Origin: an uncultured Methanosarcinales archaeon
GTDB taxonomy: Archaea; Nanobdellota; Nanobdellia; Woesearchaeales; CAYZNE01
Direction: 5' to 3'
Length of the DNA stretch: 64,000 nucleotides
Assembly (NCBI GenBank): GCA_964405295.1
Contig: CAYONI010000003.1
Span: 5,159-69,158 of the forward strand
Shown: positions 60,299 through 64,000 of the stretch, piece by piece
Numbering within the stretch: the first letter of the stretch is position 1
Layout: every line of letters starts with the position of its first letter
Made by a program: the position numbers and the translations under genes
Notes under the pieces: generated by a model
The model's input: only the letters and a program-made list of their open reading frames with translations
Databases searched by the model: none
What the model was told of the DNA's origin: nothing

Positions 60299-60388
60299 AA
60301 ATGCTCAATAAACACAATAATTAAAAATTATTGGTCATTCAACAAAGTTGAATAAACTTTAATAGTTTATTGGCACCGAAAAACGGAA
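60299..60388 (-). repeat. Subfamily A copy 7 with nested subfamily B insert (~60311-60354)
   Basis: AAATGCTCAATA[AACACAATAATTAAAAATTATTGGTCATTCAACAAAGTTGAATA]AACTTTAATAGTTTATTGGCACCGAAAAACGGAA. Confidence 0.85.
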
Positions 60389-60397
60389 TAAAAAAAA

Positions 60398-60742
60398 TTA
60401 TCTCTTTTTCTTCTTAGATTTCTTAGCTGCAATAGCGATTGCTGTTGCAATTGCTGCTGCAACACCAGTTGCGATTAAAGCTGCTTTTTCTGGATTGTTT
60501 TTAACGTATTTTTTTACGTCTGCTTCAGCTTTTTTCATTTTTGCTTTAGCTTTCTTCAATTCAGCAATAGCTTTTTTCTCATAAATAAGAGCTCTTTTTT
60601 TTACAACTGCAATATCTTTCTTAATTACTTTCTTCACTTTTTTCTTCAAAGATGTTTTCTTTGCAACTACTTTTTTCTTAGTTACTTTCTTTTTTGGTAC
60701 ATATTTTCTTGTTACTTTCTTTTTTGCTGGCATTTTGTCCAA
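60398..60742 (-). CDS. Lys-rich protein with ElaB/YqjD (DUF883)-like C-terminal anchor
   Basis: KKKV repeats, then YVKNNPEKAALIATGV. Confidence 0.65.
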   Translation of the reverse strand: MDKMPAKKKVTRKYVPKKKVTKKKVVAKKTSLKKKVKKVIKKDIAVVKKRALIYEKKAIAELKKAKAKMKKAEADVKKYVKNNPEKAALIATGVAAAIATAIAIAAKKSKKKKR

Positions 60743-60758
60743 CCTCCTTATTAAATAA

Positions 60759-61109
60759 TTAATCTTTTGCTTTTAAATTTGAAACAAAGACAATGATAAG
60801 TAAAACTATTCCCAAACCAAATAAAACATAGGCTCGTTCAATAGCAAGTATATCCGTAAGAAAATATAATCCTCCAAATAAAATTAATAGAAATGCAACT
60901 AACATTAATACTGCAATCATAAGCTTATTTATAGCATGATTAGTTATTCTTTTTGCTTTATGTTCAATATCAGAAGTTACAAGCTTAATCTCATGATGTA
61001 TTTTTTCTGTCACTTTTTTTAACATATTGGGCAACAGAGTTTGTTTCAATGTGGAGACAATTACATCAACTATTTTATTACTCTTTTTTTTAGTTTTTTT
61101 AACTGCCAT
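60759..61109 (-). CDS. 2-TM protein, YqjE/holin-like
   Basis: Helical N-terminus, two TMs; adjacent to the DUF883-like gene. Confidence 0.55.
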   Translation of the reverse strand: MAVKKTKKKSNKIVDVIVSTLKQTLLPNMLKKVTEKIHHEIKLVTSDIEHKAKRITNHAINKLMIAVLMLVAFLLILFGGLYFLTDILAIERAYVLFGLGIVLLIIVFVSNLKAKD

Positions 61110-61197
61110 TTAAACACTCACCTAAACCCTAAATGGAACTTTGTAATTTATAAATTATATTGTTTTTACATACTTAAAATAGTATAGAAATTAAAAA

Positions 61198-62526
61198 TTA
61201 TTTACCCATGAACTTTCTCATCATAGGATTCATATCCATCATATGTTGTTGTGCAATTTGTTCATATAACTGATAAATAATCATTACGGTTAATAGAAGT
61301 CCTGTTCCATTACTTAATGCGCCAGAAACATCAGCTAACCCTGCTAACAATCCAACTGCAATCCCTCCCATAACTGTTAGAGGTTTGATATATCTCGAGA
61401 GAACTCTTTCAAGAACCCGTTCGTCTCTTCTAAATCCAGGCATTTGTAAACCAGAATTCATAATATTTTTTGCTTGAGTTCGTGCATCCAACCCAGAAGT
61501 TTGGACCCAAAACAAACTAAAAAGAACTGCTCCGCCAATTAATATAAGTAAATATACAATTGCTTGAGCAAAATTTAATACACTAACATTTCCCTTAATA
61601 ATGAGTTCAATTAACTTTGGAGCTTGTAACCATGCTAAGATTCCTCCTCCTTGATTACCAAACAAACGACCAAACAATTGAATATTTGCCATTAATGCAG
61701 CAATCAAAATAACAGGAATATTACTAGTGTATAAGAATTTAAGTGGCCATCTTATACCATAACCTCTTACCCTACCATAACTTAAAGGAATTTCTACATT
61801 CATAGCCTGAACATAAACAACCACTAGGAAGATTGCAACAGTTGCAATTAACGAAGCAAGCATTAAACCAGCAAAAGTTGGTTCATTTGCAGCCAAAGCT
61901 TGGAATAGTGCAGGAATAGCACCAACAGAAAACTCACTTCCCTGAGCTTTAACAAAACTTAATGCTCTAATAAAAATAGATTGTGAAACATTTGCAGCAA
62001 TAAATAAACTTATACCTGAACCAAAACCCCATTTACTTATAACTTCATCCATCATCATTATAAGGAATCCACCGAGAATAAGCTGAACAATAATTAACAT
62101 AGGAGAAACTCCTGCAGTAGCTTTAAGCCCACCCATGGCAACATAAATCCAAGCTTCAAATATTATGAAAAAGATTGCTAATAACTTTTGGATACCTTGA
62201 AATCTTTTCTTTCCATTTTCAGTAGCAAGATCAAACTTAAGTATTCCAGAACCATTAAGTAATTGCAATACAATAGATGCAGTTACAATTGGGCCAATAC
62301 CTAAACTGATAAGTGAACCAAACTGAGCACCAAGAATAATAGATAAGTATTCGAATTGCTGCATAACACTTGCATCAGCACCAAATAAAGGAACCAATCC
62401 AAGAATAAAGAATAGCACAAGAGTAATTAAAGTCCATTTAAGTTTTACCTTAAAAGATAACTTTTTTTCTTTAGGATGTTCAACTTCTGGAAGATTAAAG
62501 ATTAATTTATCAAATGCTGAAGCCAT
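61198..62526 (-). CDS. secY: Preprotein translocase SecY
   Basis: LGIGPIVTASIVLQLL, KWGFGSGISLFI, YTSNIPVIL, GTGLLL. Confidence 0.97.
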   Translation of the reverse strand: MASAFDKLIFNLPEVEHPKEKKLSFKVKLKWTLITLVLFFILGLVPLFGADASVMQQFEYLSIILGAQFGSLISLGIGPIVTASIVLQLLNGSGILKFDLATENGKKRFQGIQKLLAIFFIIFEAWIYVAMGGLKATAGVSPMLIIVQLILGGFLIMMMDEVISKWGFGSGISLFIAANVSQSIFIRALSFVKAQGSEFSVGAIPALFQALAANEPTFAGLMLASLIATVAIFLVVVYVQAMNVEIPLSYGRVRGYGIRWPLKFLYTSNIPVILIAALMANIQLFGRLFGNQGGGILAWLQAPKLIELIIKGNVSVLNFAQAIVYLLILIGGAVLFSLFWVQTSGLDARTQAKNIMNSGLQMPGFRRDERVLERVLSRYIKPLTVMGGIAVGLLAGLADVSGALSNGTGLLLTVMIIYQLYEQIAQQHMMDMNPMMRKFMGK

Positions 62527-62552
62527 TTATACACCATAACGATTGTCATTCT

Positions 62553-62597
62553 CAAAAAAGCTATGCTTTTTTGGAAGATATTCTTTTTAATTGAATA
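62553..62597 (+). repeat. Degenerate subfamily B-like element
   Basis: CAAAAAAGCTATGCTTTTTTG followed by a TATTC/GAATA stem; first hairpin nearly identical to the one at 42758. Confidence 0.5.
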
Positions 62598-62636
62598 CTC
62601 TAATTTAACTAATAAAATAATATCATTTAAATAATT

Positions 62637-63197
62637 TTACTCTTTTTTAGGTTGAGCTCGAGGCTTTTCAGACTCTTTCTTAACTTCTTTCTTAACTTCT
62701 TTCTTAACTTCTTTCTTAACTTCTTTCTTAACTTCTTTCTTAACTTCTTTTACTTTAATAGTTGGCAAAATAATTTTTCCACCTGAAGTTTCAACCTTTT
62801 TGATAGCTAATTTTGAAGCGCTAGTAACAGTTATTTCCATTTTCTTTGTTACTTTCCCTGCCCCAAGAAGTTTATCTACTTTGATATCTGATAAATTAAT
62901 AGTATAGATCCCCGCTTTTAATAGAGCTTTATTTTTTGCAACAAACCTATCTATCTTAGTATCTAACTCAATAATATTAATAGTTTTACAATCATTTCTT
63001 ACTTTACTTGTGAAACCAATTTTTTGGTATCTCTTTTTGTCCTTCCAGAAACTAGGCTTTTTAGCATCTCCTCTTTTACCAGAACCTGCTTCTCCTCTTC
63101 CTCCTCTATGACCTGCTCCTCTGTGCTTTTTCTTTGCACCCCAGCCATGAGATGAAGTTCCTCTTTGCCTACTAGTTTTTGTTCTTTTGGACATCAT
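62637..63197 (-). CDS. rpl15: Ribosomal protein uL15 with (EVKK)6 tail
   Basis: RGTSSHGWG.KKKHRGAG.RGGRG.AG, KLLGAG. Confidence 0.95.
   Translation of the reverse strand: MMSKRTKTSRQRGTSSHGWGAKKKHRGAGHRGGRGEAGSGKRGDAKKPSFWKDKKRYQKIGFTSKVRNDCKTINIIELDTKIDRFVAKNKALLKAGIYTINLSDIKVDKLLGAGKVTKKMEITVTSASKLAIKKVETSGGKIILPTIKVKEVKKEVKKEVKKEVKKEVKKEVKKESEKPRAQPKKE
62673..62750. repeat. 12-bp tandem repeat, about 6.5 copies
   Basis: TTCTTTCTTAAC units encoding EVKK. Confidence 0.93.
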
Positions 63198-63198
63198 T

Positions 63199-63585
63199 TT
63201 AAATCATTCTCTTCAAAAGTTCGTTAATCTTATCTTTTCTATCTCCTAGAGCACCATTTGCAGCAAAAGGTTGTTTTGTACCTTTTCTTTCAAAGCCTTT
63301 TATAGGAGGATTTAACTTGAAAATATTTTTGATTTTACCATCAGCATCCTTCTTTCCTCTTTTTTCAACAAGAAGGTTGTAAGTTTCTTCATCAATATTT
63401 CCATAAGTAATATAATCTTTTAATTTAACAGCCATTCCCCTAATCACAGAAGTATCAGCATATACAACACAAGTATTTTTCTTAAATAATCTTAAAAGTT
63501 CAGCAGTTTTTTTCATATCTCTATGCATGCCTATTTTTCCTCTAATTAAAATAATTGCAATTTTTTTATCTTCAGTATCTGCCAT
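63199..63585 (-). CDS. rpl30: Ribosomal protein uL30
   Basis: LLRL.KKNTC, KDYITYG, FKLNPP.KGF, INELLKRM. Confidence 0.94.
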   Translation of the reverse strand: MADTEDKKIAIILIRGKIGMHRDMKKTAELLRLFKKNTCVVYADTSVIRGMAVKLKDYITYGNIDEETYNLLVEKRGKKDADGKIKNIFKLNPPIKGFERKGTKQPFAANGALGDRKDKINELLKRMI

Positions 63586-63594
63586 CTTGTAACC

Positions 63595-64000
63595 TTATTC
63601 TTTTTTAATTGTTTTATTCAGCTCTGTTAAGTTATCAATAGACTTGTCTTTTGATTTCTTTACTTTAGCTGGAGCTTTTTCTTTAGACACAGGCTTCTTC
63701 TTAACAACCTTTTTTTCTTTTTTAGGTTCCTGTGGAGCCAATAAATCTTTTGATTTATTCAACTTTGTTGAATGACCAATAATGTTTTCGTTATTGTGTT
63801 TATTGAGTTTAACTTCTTCTGCTTCTTTTACCTCTTCAGCAACTTCCTCTGCCTTAACAATAACTTTCTTTTTCTTTTTATTAACTGAATGATCAACAAT
63901 TGAAGTATTTGTAGCATCAATTTCTCTAACTTTTGTTGTTGTTAATTTTCTTAATGCTTTTTCTGTAGCCATTAAAAGATTTATTCTGTTTTTTGTTTGA
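63595..64000 (-). CDS. rps5: Ribosomal protein uS5, C-terminal part with Lys-rich extension (5' truncated)
   Basis: Position before uL30 in the spc operon; N..MATEKALRKL resembles the uS5 C-terminal helix. Confidence 0.65.
   Translation of the reverse strand, partial: QTKNRINLLMATEKALRKLTTTKVREIDATNTSIVDHSVNKKKKKVIVKAEEVAEEVKEAEEVKLNKHNNENIIGHSTKLNKSKDLLAPQEPKKEKKVVKKKPVSKEKAPAKVKKSKDKSIDNLTELNKTIKKE

Noticed and set aside
17963..60388. Repeats as a CRISPR array
   Set aside because: Copies are kilobases apart, with no regular spacers and no cas genes.

Overview
AT-rich chromosomal segment of an archaeon, most likely DPANN/Woesearchaeota-like (inferred from archaeal FEN1, PCNA, aRF1, Rpo6, eS1, uL15/uL30/uS5, SecY, compact gene packing and scavenging-type metabolism). 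It carries about 70 CDSs and 8 tRNA genes, 3 of them with introns. I saw no rRNA, CRISPR array, integrase or transposase. Main observations: (1) a dispersed two-hairpin element (CAAWAA-loop-TTWTTG, a 3-nt linker, a second stem-loop, AA) with about 16 copies in two subfamilies. It sits just after stop codons, nests inside its own copies, and forms the non-BHB introns of both tRNA-Thr genes. (2) A tRNA-Thr with an A34 anticodon (AGU). (3) A defence-type island downstream of tRNA-Gly with Kiwa-like kwaAB, an upstream MuF-like gene, a GC-rich structured non-coding element and a HEPN protein. (4) A nucleotide-handling cluster: a PurA paralog with altered substrate loops, an ECF transporter whose ATPase is fused to an NDK-like domain, a nucleotidyltransferase and a degenerate ProRS paralog. 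(5) A bacterial-type DnaE. (6) A possible +1 frameshift joining an AAA+ gene and a vWA gene. All product calls come from reading motifs by eye; no database search was run.
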